The notes: generated by a model not told the origin, from the letters alone. A DNA stretch of 64,000 nucleotides from Eubacteriales bacterium (GCA_045636365.1 JAZTXG010000031.1:6121-70120); one strand, 5' to 3'. Numbered from the stretch's first letter, positions 1 through 9,563 are shown. Numbers and translations: made by a program.

Positions 1-259
1 CGATGGCTCGGTAGGTGTCAAGGGCTTTGTCACCGACGCGATGAAAGAAATGGATTATGATTATTTCTTCACCTGCGGCCCCGAGCCGATGTTCCGCGCC
101 ATCGAACGCACCGTTGCCGTTTCGGGGCAGTATAGCTTTGAAGAGCGGATGGGCTGCGGCTTCGGTGCTTGCATGGGTTGCTCCTGCAAGACCAAGTATG
201 GCAATAAGCGCATCTGCAAGGATGGGCCTGTTTTGGAACGGGAGGAGATCATATGGTAA
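1..259 (+). CDS. pyrK: dihydroorotate dehydrogenase B electron-transfer subunit PyrK, C-terminal fragment (5' end outside window)
   Basis: Frame is open from the window edge. It has FTCGPEPM and the MGCGFGACMGCSC...CKDGPV cysteine cluster (2Fe-2S site) typical of the PyrK C-terminus. The stop overlaps the pyrD start. Confidence 0.85.
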   Translation, partial: DGSVGVKGFVTDAMKEMDYDYFFTCGPEPMFRAIERTVAVSGQYSFEERMGCGFGACMGCSCKTKYGNKRICKDGPVLEREEIIW

Positions 260-1164
260 ATTTAAAAGTCAACCTTTGCGGCATTGAAATGAAGAACCCC
301 ATCGTTCCCGCCAGCGGGACCTTTGGGTTTGGCTATGAATTTGCCGAGCTTTACGATATCAATGTGTTGGGTTCCCTTTCCTTTAAGGGAACCACCTTGG
401 ATGCCCGCTTTGGCAACCCCACCCCCCGCATCGCCGAATGTTATGAAGGAATGCTCAATTCGGTAGGGCTGCAAAACCCCGGTGTGGATAAAGTGGTCGC
501 CGAAGAACTGCCGAAATTAAAGGCTTGCTTTGATGGCCCGATCATGGCGAATGTGAGCGGGTTTTCATTGGATGAATACCGCGAGACCGTTCGTAAATTA
601 GACGCCGAAGAGCAGATCGCTTGGTTTGAGATCAATATCTCCTGCCCCAATGTCCATGGTGGCGGAATGAGCTTCGGTACCGATCCGCAGGCGGCGGCAT
701 CGGTGGTAAAAGAAGTGCGTAAAGTCACCAAAAAACCGATTATTATTAAATTGACCCCCAATGTTACCAACATTGTGGAGATCGCTAAGGCCTGCGAAGA
801 AGCAGGCGCCGACGGCATCAGCCTCATCAACACCCTATTGGGCATGCGGATCGATCTGAAGACCAAAAAACCCATCCTTGCCAATAAGATGGGTGGTTTT
901 TCGGGCCCTGCCATCCTGCCGGTGGCTTGCCGCATGATCTATCAGGTCTATGAAGCGGTTAAAATTCCTATCGTCGGGATGGGCGGTGTATCTTCGGCGG
1001 AAGATGTCATCGAATTGATGCTGGCAGGTGCCACCGCTGTGGAGGTGGGTGCTGCCAACCTGCGGGATCCTTTTGCTTGTAAAAAGATTATTGAGGATCT
1101 GCCGAAGGTAATGGAAAAATACGGAATTGAAAATCTGCAAGATATTATAGGAGGAGCGCACTAA
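253..1164 (+). CDS. pyrD: dihydroorotate dehydrogenase, class 1B catalytic subunit
   Basis: 303 aa. Has NPIVPASGTFGFG, the NISCPN active-site loop and GGV..AEDV motifs. Sits in a pyr operon context. Confidence 0.95.
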   Translation: MVNLKVNLCGIEMKNPIVPASGTFGFGYEFAELYDINVLGSLSFKGTTLDARFGNPTPRIAECYEGMLNSVGLQNPGVDKVVAEELPKLKACFDGPIMANVSGFSLDEYRETVRKLDAEEQIAWFEINISCPNVHGGGMSFGTDPQAAASVVKEVRKVTKKPIIIKLTPNVTNIVEIAKACEEAGADGISLINTLLGMRIDLKTKKPILANKMGGFSGPAILPVACRMIYQVYEAVKIPIVGMGGVSSAEDVIELMLAGATAVEVGAANLRDPFACKKIIEDLPKVMEKYGIENLQDIIGGAH

Positions 1165-1868
1165 TGGGAAGAGATGTTATCATCGCCTGCGATTTTGCAG
1201 GCAAGGAAGCAACCTTGAATTTTTTGGATCTTTTTAAGAACGAAGAGCGTAAGCCCTTTTTGAAGATCGGTATGGAGCTGTTCTATGCCGCAGGCCCCGA
1301 GATCGTTCGGGAGCTGAAAAGCCGCGGCCATAAGATCTTTTTGGATCTGAAACTGCACGATATCCCCAATACCGTCAAAAAGTCGATGGCGGTCCTTTCG
1401 CAGCTGGATGTGGATATGACCAACCTGCACGCCGCCGGCACCATCTCCATGATGGAAGCGGCGCTGGAAGGCTTGACCCGCCCCGACGGAACCCGCCCCT
1501 TGCTGATCGCGGTCACCCAGCTGACCTCCACCGATCAGGAGCGGATGGAAAACGATCTGCTGATTAAAGAGCCCATCGATAAGGTTGTTATGCACTATGC
1601 CTCCAATGCCGCCAAGGCGGGCTTGGATGGTGTTGTTTGCTCCCCCTTGGAAGCAGGCAAGGTGCATGCCACCTGCGGCGAGAAATTTTTGACCGTCACC
1701 CCCGGTGTCCGCTTTGCGGATGGGGATATCGGCGACCAAAAGAGAGTCATGACCCCCGCCGAAGCCAAGAAGATCGGTTCCGACTACATTGTTGTGGGCC
1801 GCCCCATTACTGCGGCTGAAGATCCTGTCGCAGCTTATCGCAGATGTGTAGAAGAATTTTGTGATTAA
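1164..1868 (+). CDS. pyrF: orotidine 5'-phosphate decarboxylase
   Basis: 234 aa. Has the FLKIGMELF and DLKLHDIPNTV motifs. TAATG overlap with pyrD. Confidence 0.95.
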   Translation: MGRDVIIACDFAGKEATLNFLDLFKNEERKPFLKIGMELFYAAGPEIVRELKSRGHKIFLDLKLHDIPNTVKKSMAVLSQLDVDMTNLHAAGTISMMEAALEGLTRPDGTRPLLIAVTQLTSTDQERMENDLLIKEPIDKVVMHYASNAAKAGLDGVVCSPLEAGKVHATCGEKFLTVTPGVRFADGDIGDQKRVMTPAEAKKIGSDYIVVGRPITAAEDPVAAYRRCVEEFCD

Positions 1869-1879
1869 GGAGAAGAACG

Positions 1880-2536
1880 ATGGAAGGATATAAAAGAGAG
1901 TTTATTGAATTTTTGATGGGTGCCGGTGTGTTGAAGTTTGGCGATTTCACCGCCAAGAGCGGCAGAAAGATTCCTTATTTTGTCAACGCAGGCGAGATCA
2001 AGACCGGCGAGCAGATCGCCAAATTGGGCGAATTTTATGCCAAAGCCTATTTTGAAAAGGTGGGCAATAAGCGTACCGTTCTTTATGGACCTGCTTATAA
2101 GGGCATCTCCATCGCGGTTTCTTCCGCTGTTGCTTTGGCAAAGGAAGGTTTGGATGTTCCCTTCTTCTTCAATCGTAAGGAAGCCAAGGACCATGGTGAA
2201 GGCGGCATCTTTGTCGGCTACGTTCCCAAGGATGGGGAAGAGATCGTCATCGTGGAAGATGTCATCACCGCAGGCACCGCCATCCGCGAAAGTATGGCCA
2301 ATCTTGCCAGCCTGCGGGGCAGCAAGGTGGTCGCTACCTTTGTTATGGTCGACCGCAAGGAAAAGGGTCAAGGCGAAAAGGGCGCGATGCAGGAGATCGA
2401 GGATGAGTTTGGATTCCCGGTCTATTCCGTTGTGGATGTCTATGACATTATCGAATATTTGGAAGAGGATGCAGCCAACGCAGAGAATGTGGAACGCATT
2501 AAGAACTATCTGGCTGTAAACGGTGCAAAAGCATGA
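1880..2536 (+). CDS. pyrE: orotate phosphoribosyltransferase
   Basis: 218 aa. Has the [19 protein letters not shown]-terminus and the PRPP-binding loop [12 protein letters not shown]. Confidence 0.95.
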   Translation: MEGYKREFIEFLMGAGVLKFGDFTAKSGRKIPYFVNAGEIKTGEQIAKLGEFYAKAYFEKVGNKRTVLYGPAYKGISIAVSSAVALAKEGLDVPFFFNRKEAKDHGEGGIFVGYVPKDGEEIVIVEDVITAGTAIRESMANLASLRGSKVVATFVMVDRKEKGQGEKGAMQEIEDEFGFPVYSVVDVYDIIEYLEEDAANAENVERIKNYLAVNGAKA

Positions 2537-3450
2537 GAAGCTTGATTGATATTTTGGAACTTTCGCTGGAGGAGATCGACCAGTTGATCGCCACCGCGGA
2601 AGATATTATCGCTCATCCCGAAAAGTATCGGGAAAGCTGCAGATATAAGAAATTGGCGACCCTCTTTTTTGAACCCTCCACCCGCACCCGCTTGAGCTTT
2701 GAAGCGGCGATGCATGAGCTGGGCGGTCAAGTTCTTTCGGTTTCCAGCGCAGGTAGTTCCTCCGCCTCCAAAGGCGAGAGTATTGCCGATACCGCCAAGA
2801 CCGTCAGTTGCTATGCCGATATCATCGCCATGCGCCATCCCAAGGAAGGCGCGCCGATGGTGGCTTCTATGAACGCTTCCATCCCTGTCATCAACGCGGG
2901 CGACGGCGGTCATAACCATCCCACCCAAACCTTGGCAGACCTTTTGACCATCTGGCGGGAAAAGGGAAGATTTACCGGCCTGACCATTGGTCTTTGCGGA
3001 GATCTGAAGTTTGGCAGAACCGTCCATTCGCTGATCGCTGCGATGGCAAGATATACCGGCAATAAGTTTGTCCTCATCTCTCCCGAAGAGTTGAAATTAC
3101 CCAGCTATGTTAAAAAGGATATTTTGCAGAAAAACGGCATCGAATATGTCCAGACCACCGATCTGGAAGCTGCCCTGCCCGATCTGGATATTCTTTATAT
3201 GACCCGTGTTCAACAAGAGCGGTTCTTCAATGAAGAGGATTATCTGCGGTTAAAGGATAGCTATATCCTGACCCCCGAAAAGTTGGAAAAGGCAAATAAG
3301 GACCTGAAGATCCTTCATCCGCTGCCCCGCGTCAACGAGATCAGCGTCGGGGTGGATGCCGATCCCCGCGCCTGCTACTTTAAGCAGGTCTTAAACGGAA
3401 AATATATGCGGATGGCTCTGATTTTGAAATTGCTGGAGGTAGAGGTATGA
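2533..3450 (+). CDS. pyrB: aspartate carbamoyltransferase catalytic subunit
   Basis: 305 aa. Has the STRTR, HPTQ and HPLPR motifs. ATGA overlap with pyrE. Confidence 0.95.
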   Translation: MRSLIDILELSLEEIDQLIATAEDIIAHPEKYRESCRYKKLATLFFEPSTRTRLSFEAAMHELGGQVLSVSSAGSSSASKGESIADTAKTVSCYADIIAMRHPKEGAPMVASMNASIPVINAGDGGHNHPTQTLADLLTIWREKGRFTGLTIGLCGDLKFGRTVHSLIAAMARYTGNKFVLISPEELKLPSYVKKDILQKNGIEYVQTTDLEAALPDLDILYMTRVQQERFFNEEDYLRLKDSYILTPEKLEKANKDLKILHPLPRVNEISVGVDADPRACYFKQVLNGKYMRMALILKLLEVEV

Positions 3451-3860
3451 AAATCGATTCGATCATCAACGGTATTGTCATAGACCATATCTCCGCAGGC
3501 AATGCGATGAAGCTTTACCGCCTGCTGAAATTGGATGCGCTGGATTGCTCGGTTGCGATCATCCAGAATGTCAGCAGTAATAAAATGGGCAAGAAGGATA
3601 TCATCAAGATCGACGCAGATGTGGATCTGAAAATGGATATCATCGGTTATGTGGACCCCGATGCCACTGTGGATATCATCCGCGATGGTGTTCTGGTGGA
3701 AAAGCGCTCCATTGCGCTGCCGGAAAAGTTGCAGGATGTTATCTTCTGCAAAAACCCCCGCTGCATCACCACCACCGAGCAGGAGCTGCCCCATATCTTT
3801 AAGCTCACCGATCGGGAAAACCGCGTTTATCGCTGCATCTATTGCGAAGCTAAAAAATGA
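3447..3860 (+). CDS. pyrI: aspartate carbamoyltransferase regulatory subunit
   Basis: 137 aa. Has the C-terminal zinc domain C..NPRCIT...YRCIYC. ATGA overlap with pyrB. Confidence 0.92.
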   Translation: MKIDSIINGIVIDHISAGNAMKLYRLLKLDALDCSVAIIQNVSSNKMGKKDIIKIDADVDLKMDIIGYVDPDATVDIIRDGVLVEKRSIALPEKLQDVIFCKNPRCITTTEQELPHIFKLTDRENRVYRCIYCEAKK

Positions 3861-3864
3861 TTTT

Positions 3865-3895
3865 AAAAGCGCCGAAATTTTTTCGGCGCTTTTTG
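3865..3895 (+). terminator. Rho-independent terminator after pyrI
   Basis: Stem gcgccgaaa / tttcggcgc followed by a T-run. Confidence 0.8.
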
Positions 3896-3946
3896 CAACA
3901 TTTTCCATATGTGATTCGTATTAAGGGTAAAGGGAGGAATGAAGCA

Positions 3947-5290
3947 ATGAAAAAAATAATTTCTTTGACGATGATTTTGACCTTGCTTTTGGTAATGATG
4001 GCGGGCTGTAAAAAGCCTAACGAAGACTCGGGTGCGGTTGCCGACCCGCAGCAATCGGTGAGTTCCTCTGCGGAGCAACCGACCGACCAACCGACCGATG
4101 ATCCCATCACCGAAGAACCGATGGATACACCCCTTGCGGTGCAGGATCTGACCGCCGAGGTGGCTTATACCGAAGAATTCCCTCTTCAGCCGCCCGATGA
4201 AGCGTTTATCCAAGGGCAGATGGATTTTTCGATGGATTTATTCCGCCGCACCGCCCAAAAAGAGCGGTGTAAAAATACACTAATTGCGCCTTTGTCCGTC
4301 TCGATGGCATTGGCGATGACTGCCAACGGCGCCGACGGAAAAACGGAGCAGGAAATGCTGGAGGTTTTGGGCGGTCATCCCATGGATAAGCTGAATGCCT
4401 ACTATTTGAATTGGCGGGTGGGCCTGCAAGGCAGCGAAAAAACCAAACTGCGGATCGCCAATTCCATCTGGATTCGCGATCTGCAAGGCTTTGAGGCCAA
4501 GGATGCCTTTTTGGCGGCCAACGCCAAATACTATAATGCCCAAGTCTTTAAAGCCCCCTTTAATTCGATTGGGGAAAAAGCTATCAATGATTGGGTAAAG
4601 GAAAAGACCGACGGAATGATTCCGCAGTTGCTGGAGGAACTGCGCCCCGAAGCGATGATGATTTTGATCAATGCCCTTTCGTTTGATGCCCAATGGTCCG
4701 ATCCCTATGTCGAGCATCAGGTGCAAGAAGGCATCTTCCATTCCATCGACGGTAAGGAGCAAAAAGCCCAAATGATGGCATCTACCGAATATTCCTATTT
4801 AGAAGGGGAAGGCGCCATCGGCTTTACTCGCAATTATCTGGGCGGTCGCTATGCCTTCGGTGCGCTGCTGCCCACCGAAAAATCGTTGGAGGACTATGTT
4901 TCTTCGCTGGACGGCGAAACCCTGCTCCAAATTTTGCAAAATAAACAATCTACGCAGGTACACGCCCAACTACCTAAATTTTCATCGCAGTTTAAAATGT
5001 CAATGAACGAAGCATTAAAGGCGATGGGAATGCCCTCCGCCTTTGAGGGTGGCTTTGGCAAGATGAGCAACGCCGAACTCTTTATCGGAAACGTGCTGCA
5101 TGAAGCGGTCATCGAAGTGAGCGAGGATGGCACTCGTGCTGCGGCCGCCACCGCGGTGGAGATGGATAAATCCGCCGCGCCGATGGAAGAACCCAAGGTG
5201 GTTACCCTCGACCGCCCCTTCCTTTATTTTATCTTTGACCGTGAGACCAACCTGCCGATCTTTATCGGTACTTTAACCTCTTTAGAATAA
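3947..5290 (+). CDS. serpin-family serine protease inhibitor, predicted lipoprotein
   Basis: ATG at 3947 follows the RBS agggagg. Has a signal peptide with lipobox LLVMMAGC and a Pro/Asp/Thr-rich linker. The serpin body ends in the hinge EDGTRAAAATAVEM and LDRPFLYFI. The ORF-track start at 3857 overlaps pyrI and its terminator, so I trimmed it. Confidence 0.85.
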   Translation: MKKIISLTMILTLLLVMMAGCKKPNEDSGAVADPQQSVSSSAEQPTDQPTDDPITEEPMDTPLAVQDLTAEVAYTEEFPLQPPDEAFIQGQMDFSMDLFRRTAQKERCKNTLIAPLSVSMALAMTANGADGKTEQEMLEVLGGHPMDKLNAYYLNWRVGLQGSEKTKLRIANSIWIRDLQGFEAKDAFLAANAKYYNAQVFKAPFNSIGEKAINDWVKEKTDGMIPQLLEELRPEAMMILINALSFDAQWSDPYVEHQVQEGIFHSIDGKEQKAQMMASTEYSYLEGEGAIGFTRNYLGGRYAFGALLPTEKSLEDYVSSLDGETLLQILQNKQSTQVHAQLPKFSSQFKMSMNEALKAMGMPSAFEGGFGKMSNAELFIGNVLHEAVIEVSEDGTRAAAATAVEMDKSAAPMEEPKVVTLDRPFLYFIFDRETNLPIFIGTLTSLE

Positions 5291-5294
5291 TCAA

Positions 5295-5333
5295 TTTGCC
5301 CGAAGTTCTATTGACTTCGGGCAATTTTTTTTA
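5295..5333 (+). terminator. Rho-independent terminator after the serpin gene
   Basis: Stem ttgcccgaagt / acttcgggcaa followed by T8. Confidence 0.85.
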
Positions 5334-5339
5334 TATAAT
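5310..5339 (+). promoter_or_regulatory. putative sigma-A promoter of the XRE gene, embedded in the serpin terminator
   Basis: TTGACT at 5310-5315, 18-nt spacer, TATAAT at 5334-5339, about 30 nt upstream of the ATG at 5369. Confidence 0.5.
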
Positions 5340-5368
5340 CAAAGTACTATTTTTTTAGGAGAAAATAT

Positions 5369-6031
5369 ATGTCGATTTCAGAATTTCCCCGCCTTTTGGT
5401 CCATCTGCGTAAGGAAGCCGGCCTTTCTCAAAAGAAGGTCGCCGATGCGCTGGGCGTTTCTCAGGCGTTGCTTTCCCATTATGAAAAGGGCATCCGCGAA
5501 TGTGGGCTTTCCTTTTTGGTGAAGGTGGCGGATTTTTATAATGTATCTTTAGATTATCTCTTGGGTCGCTCGCTGGACAAGAACGGCTCGGCCATTTTAT
5601 TGGAAGAAGTGCCCGATGAAGATGCCGCAGGGCAAGGCAATCGGGGCAAGGGAAGCCTTTTGCCGGTGCTCAATAAAAAGCTGATCTGCAATTCCGTCAC
5701 CGTTGTGGAAGACCTGCTGGGCGAGCTTGCAGATAAGCAGTTGATTCAAGACGTTTCGATGTATCTGCAGATTGCGGTGTATAAAATGTTCCGCGCTCTT
5801 TACGATGCGGATGGCGAAAATCCCCAAACCTTTTTTGCCGCCGATAAGGATCTGATGCCGATGATGGCGGAAGGGGAGATGAACCGCTTGGAGGTTTCCA
5901 TCCGCCGCCGTTTGAAGAAGATGAAAACCCTGCCCAAAACCGATGAAGCAGCATTGAAAGAAAAGTATCCGCTGTTCGCAAATTCCCTTTTGAACCTACT
6001 CCAAAATGCAGAAAATAGAATGACCAAATAA
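5369..6031 (+). CDS. XRE-family helix-turn-helix transcriptional regulator with uncharacterised C-terminal domain
   Basis: The N-terminus (LRKEAGLSQKKVADALGVSQALLSHYEKGIRE) is a classic Cro/C1 HTH. The remaining ~150 aa carry no motif I recognise. Confidence 0.75.
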   Translation: MSISEFPRLLVHLRKEAGLSQKKVADALGVSQALLSHYEKGIRECGLSFLVKVADFYNVSLDYLLGRSLDKNGSAILLEEVPDEDAAGQGNRGKGSLLPVLNKKLICNSVTVVEDLLGELADKQLIQDVSMYLQIAVYKMFRALYDADGENPQTFFAADKDLMPMMAEGEMNRLEVSIRRRLKKMKTLPKTDEAALKEKYPLFANSLLNLLQNAENRMTK

Positions 6032-6061
6032 AAAACGACCGCGTTTGCGGTCGTTTTTTTA
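6030..6061. terminator. bidirectional terminator between the XRE gene and tatD
   Basis: Stem acgaccgc / gcggtcgt flanked by an A-run and a T-run. Confidence 0.8.
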
Positions 6062-6817
6062 GTTCATTTGAAACATTCTCATTGCATTTTCGTCGGTGAT
6101 TCGCTCGATCTCTTCGGGGGTGGTATTGCGCAGTTCCGCCATCACCTTGATGATCTCGGGCAGATAAAGGGCGCTGTTGCGCTTGCCGCGATAAGGGGTG
6201 GGGGCAAGGTAAGGGCTATCGGTCTCCAGCATCAGCCGATCGGCAGGGACCGCGGCGATTACCTCTTTGGCAACGCGTGCATTTTTAAAAGTGCAGACTC
6301 CGCCCATCGAGATGGACCAACCCATTTTTACCAGCTCCCGCATCGATTCCACCGAACCGCTATAGCAATGAAAAATACCTTTCACATTGGGATGCTCCCG
6401 CAAAATCGCAAGGGTATCCTGCATGGCATCGCGGCAATGAACGATGGCGGGCAGATGATATTGCTCCGCCAGCTCCAACTGTTTATGAAACCATTTTTGC
6501 TGAATCTCTTTGGGAACATCATCGTAGTAGTAATCCAGCCCGATTTCGCCGATGGCAACCACCTTGGGTTGCTTGAGCATTTCTTCCAAAGCGGCGGTAC
6601 CCTGCTGCTCCAATTCCATGGTATCATGGGGATAGATGCCGATGGAGCAATAGACAAAATCATAGGTCTGCGCCAATTTCAGCGCATCGCGGCACCCTTG
6701 ATGGCTGCAACCGGAATTGATGAGGCGGGCAATGCCCGCCCCTTTCATTTTTTTAAAAAGTTCGGTGCGATCCGCATCGTATTGCGGATCGTCCATATGG
6801 GCGTGGACGTCGATCAT
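6059..6817 (-). CDS. tatD: TatD-family metal-dependent hydrolase/DNase
   Basis: 252 aa. Has the MIDVHAH start, EIGLDYYY, HCRDA and ETDSPYL motifs. Lies immediately downstream of metG, as in many Firmicutes. Confidence 0.9.
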   Translation of the reverse strand: MIDVHAHMDDPQYDADRTELFKKMKGAGIARLINSGCSHQGCRDALKLAQTYDFVYCSIGIYPHDTMELEQQGTAALEEMLKQPKVVAIGEIGLDYYYDDVPKEIQQKWFHKQLELAEQYHLPAIVHCRDAMQDTLAILREHPNVKGIFHCYSGSVESMRELVKMGWSISMGGVCTFKNARVAKEVIAAVPADRLMLETDSPYLAPTPYRGKRNSALYLPEIIKVMAELRNTTPEEIERITDENAMRMFQMN

Positions 6818-8763
6818 CGGATCACCGCTCCCGCGGGCAGGTCGCCATCCAAAAAGATCACCTTGACGCCATTCGGCGCATCCGCCGCCAGCAGCATTCC
6901 TTCGCTCAAGGTACCGCGCAGCTTGGCGGGGGCAAGGTTATCCACTAAAATCACCTTTTTGCCGATCAGCTCTTCGGGCTTATAATATTGGGCGATGCCG
7001 GAAAGCACCTGCTTGGTGCCTTTGCCGTTATCGACGGTCATCATCAGCAGTTTATCGCTCTTGGGCAGCGGCTCGCAGGTCTTGATCTCTGCCACCCGCA
7101 AGGCTACCTTGGCAAAATCTTCGATGCCGATGATGGCAACCCCTTCGGGCTTCTTTTCTTCTTTTTTTGCCGCTTTTTCTGCCGCTTTGGCAGCCGCTGC
7201 CTTCTTTGCATTGAGTTCTTCGGTCATCTTGGGAATATCGATGCGGGCAAAGAGAATTTCGGGTTTGCCTACCTTGTTGCCGGCAACCAGCTTGCCGAAG
7301 GTCTTGGCATCCTCTAGCGATTGATCGCCGACATTGATCTGAGCAAAGATCTTCTCGGAGGTTTCGGGCATAAAGGGTTTCAGCAGCGCAGCGCCGATGC
7401 GGATGCATTCCAGCAGGTTATAAAGAACTGTTGCCAAGCGCTCGTGGTCGCCCTCGGGCTTGCCTAAGATCCAAGGCTCAGTTTCGTCCACATATTTATT
7501 GGCGCGGCGGAGCAGGGTAAAGATATCGTCGATGGCATCGGCGATATGCAGATCGTCCATGTGCTTTTCCACCAGCGCGGGAGCGGCTGCCGCCACCGCC
7601 TTGAGGTCGCGGTCAATGTCGTTTTCCGCGCCGGGGGTGCGGATCTCGCCGCCGAAATATTTATTGGTCATGGAAACGGTGCGGTTGACCAGATTGCCCA
7701 AAATGTTGGCAAGGTCGGCATTGATCCGCTCCATCATCAGTTCATAGGAGATGATACCGTCGTTGGCATAGGGGATCTCGTGCAGAACGAAATAACGCAC
7801 CGCATCCACCCCGAAAAGCTCCACCAATTCATCGGCATAAAGAACATTACCCTTGGATTTGCTCATCTTGCCATCGCTCATAATCAGCCAAGGATGACCG
7901 AATACCTGCTTGGGCAAAGGCTCGCCCAGCGCCATCAGGATGCAGGGCCAATAGATGGTATGGAACCGAACGATATCCTTACCGATCAAATGCAGATCGG
8001 CGGGCCAATAATGCTTATAGCCATCGGTATGGTTGCCTTCGGGATCGTAGCCGGCGAAGGTGATATAGTTGGAAAGAGCATCGATCCAGACATAGACCAC
8101 ATGGCCGGGATCGAAATCTACAGGGATGCCCCAGTTGAAAGAGGTTCTGGAAACGCAAAGATCCTGCAAGCCGGGCTTGATGAAATTATTGACCATTTCA
8201 TTCTTGCGGGCAGGCGGCCAGATGAATTCGGGATGGTTTTCAATATGCTCTTCCAATTTTTTGGCATACTTGGAAAGCTTAAAGAAATAGGCCTCTTCCT
8301 TGGCGGGATGGCATTCTCTGCCGCAATCGGGGCATTTGCCGTCCACCAGCTGGGATTCGGTGAAGAAGGATTCGCAGGGAGTGCAATACATTCCTTCGTA
8401 TTCGCTCTTATAAATATCGCCCTGATCGTAGAGCTTTTTGAAGATCTGCTGGATCTTCTTTTCGTGGCTCGGATCGGTGGTACGGATAAAGCGATCATAG
8501 GTGGTGTTCATCAGATCCCAGATCCGCTTGATCTCGCCTGCGATGTTATCGACATAAGCCTGCGGGGTGATGCCCGCATCTTCGGCTTTGAGCTGAATCT
8601 TTTCGCCATGCTCATCGGTGCCGGTCTGGAAGCAGACATCGTAGCCCTGCATTCTCTTGAAGCGGGCGATGCTATCGGCCAGAACAATCTCATAAGTGTT
8701 GCCGATATGGGGCTTGGCCGATGTATAGGCAATGGCGGTAGTTAAATAATATTTTTCATTCAT
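6814..8763 (-). CDS. metG: methionine--tRNA ligase with C-terminal tRNA-binding (EMAP/Trbp111-like) domain
   Basis: 649 aa. Has the HIGN (HIGH-class) and KMSKS motifs, zinc knuckle cysteines CTPC..CPDC, and a C-terminal OB-fold tail. Confidence 0.97.
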   Translation of the reverse strand: MNEKYYLTTAIAYTSAKPHIGNTYEIVLADSIARFKRMQGYDVCFQTGTDEHGEKIQLKAEDAGITPQAYVDNIAGEIKRIWDLMNTTYDRFIRTTDPSHEKKIQQIFKKLYDQGDIYKSEYEGMYCTPCESFFTESQLVDGKCPDCGRECHPAKEEAYFFKLSKYAKKLEEHIENHPEFIWPPARKNEMVNNFIKPGLQDLCVSRTSFNWGIPVDFDPGHVVYVWIDALSNYITFAGYDPEGNHTDGYKHYWPADLHLIGKDIVRFHTIYWPCILMALGEPLPKQVFGHPWLIMSDGKMSKSKGNVLYADELVELFGVDAVRYFVLHEIPYANDGIISYELMMERINADLANILGNLVNRTVSMTNKYFGGEIRTPGAENDIDRDLKAVAAAAPALVEKHMDDLHIADAIDDIFTLLRRANKYVDETEPWILGKPEGDHERLATVLYNLLECIRIGAALLKPFMPETSEKIFAQINVGDQSLEDAKTFGKLVAGNKVGKPEILFARIDIPKMTEELNAKKAAAAKAAEKAAKKEEKKPEGVAIIGIEDFAKVALRVAEIKTCEPLPKSDKLLMMTVDNGKGTKQVLSGIAQYYKPEELIGKKVILVDNLAPAKLRGTLSEGMLLAADAPNGVKVIFLDGDLPAGAVIR

Positions 8764-8921
8764 AGGTATTTCCCCCTATTTTTTAGTATCTCTAACCATT
8801 TTATCATAACTAAAAACCTTTTTCAATATAAAATTATATAGAATTATACTTGAAAAATAGGAGCGAATAGTGTAGAATAATCTGTGGAAAAATAATACTT
8901 TTGAAGGAAGGATATAAAATC

Positions 8922-9488
8922 ATGGAAATTTTAGTAGAAATGTCTGCCCGTCACGTTCACCTGACCGAAGAAGCGGTTGAGATCCTCTTCGGCAAAGGCG
9001 CAAAGCTGACCGAAGTTCGCGAGCTTTCCCAGCCCGGTCAATTCCTTTCGGAAGAGCGTGTGGACCTGGTCGGCCCCAAAAATACCCTGACCCGCGTCAG
9101 CGTTCTGGGCCCCACCCGCCCCGAAAATCAGGTTGAGATCTCTCTCACCGACGCTCGTACTCTGGGCGTAAGCGCTCCCATCCGTATGAGCGGCGATGTC
9201 AAGGGTAGCGGCGCGATCACCATCAAAGGGCCCTGCGGCGAGATCACCATCGAGGAAGGCGTTATCGCCGCTATGCGTCATATCCATATGACTCCCGAGA
9301 CCGCTGAAAAAGAAGGCTTTACCGATGGTCAGATCGTTTCTGTCAAGGTTAAGGGTGATCGTGAAGTCACTTTCGGCGAGACCGTTCTGCGCGTTTCTCC
9401 CAAGTTCGCCGATGCGATGCATATCGATACCGACGAAGCAAACGCTGTTTGCCTGCCCCGCGATGCCAAAGGCGAAATCATTAAATAA
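8922..9488 (+). CDS. pduL: PduL-type phosphate acyltransferase (phosphotransacetylase/propanoyltransferase)
   Basis: MSARHVHL and a second AMRHIHMT repeat, the duplicated PduL signature. ATG at 8922 follows the RBS gaaggaagga. The track start at 8901 is a TTG. Confidence 0.8.
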   Translation: MEILVEMSARHVHLTEEAVEILFGKGAKLTEVRELSQPGQFLSEERVDLVGPKNTLTRVSVLGPTRPENQVEISLTDARTLGVSAPIRMSGDVKGSGAITIKGPCGEITIEEGVIAAMRHIHMTPETAEKEGFTDGQIVSVKVKGDREVTFGETVLRVSPKFADAMHIDTDEANAVCLPRDAKGEIIK

Positions 9489-9503
9489 TTTTTTGGACTT
9501 TTT

Positions 9504-9534
9504 AAAAGACCTTCCTTCGGGAAGGTCTTTTTTC
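9504..9534 (+). terminator. Rho-independent terminator after pduL
   Basis: Stem aaaagaccttcc / ggaaggtctttt followed by a T-run. Confidence 0.85.
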
Positions 9535-9563
9535 TTGACGGACGGTCTATATTATAGTAAAAT
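9535..9563 (+). promoter_or_regulatory. putative sigma-A promoter of the YitT-family gene
   Basis: TTGACG at 9535-9540, 17-nt spacer, TAAAAT at 9558-9563. Confidence 0.5.

Noticed and set aside
3857-3946. 5' extensions of track ORFs: 3857 (serpin), 8901 (pduL), 10523 (thrS), 14516 (SLH protein), 24488 (trxB), 29910 (lipoprotein), 32546 (mraZ), 34379 (PBP), 47117 (thrC), 49263 (transglutaminase), 61879 (rimI), 21444 (SGNH-2).
   Set aside because: In each case an internal start codon is preceded by a proper Shine-Dalgarno sequence and gives the N-terminus expected for the family (signal peptide or conserved first motif). The extension instead overlaps an upstream gene, terminator or promoter.
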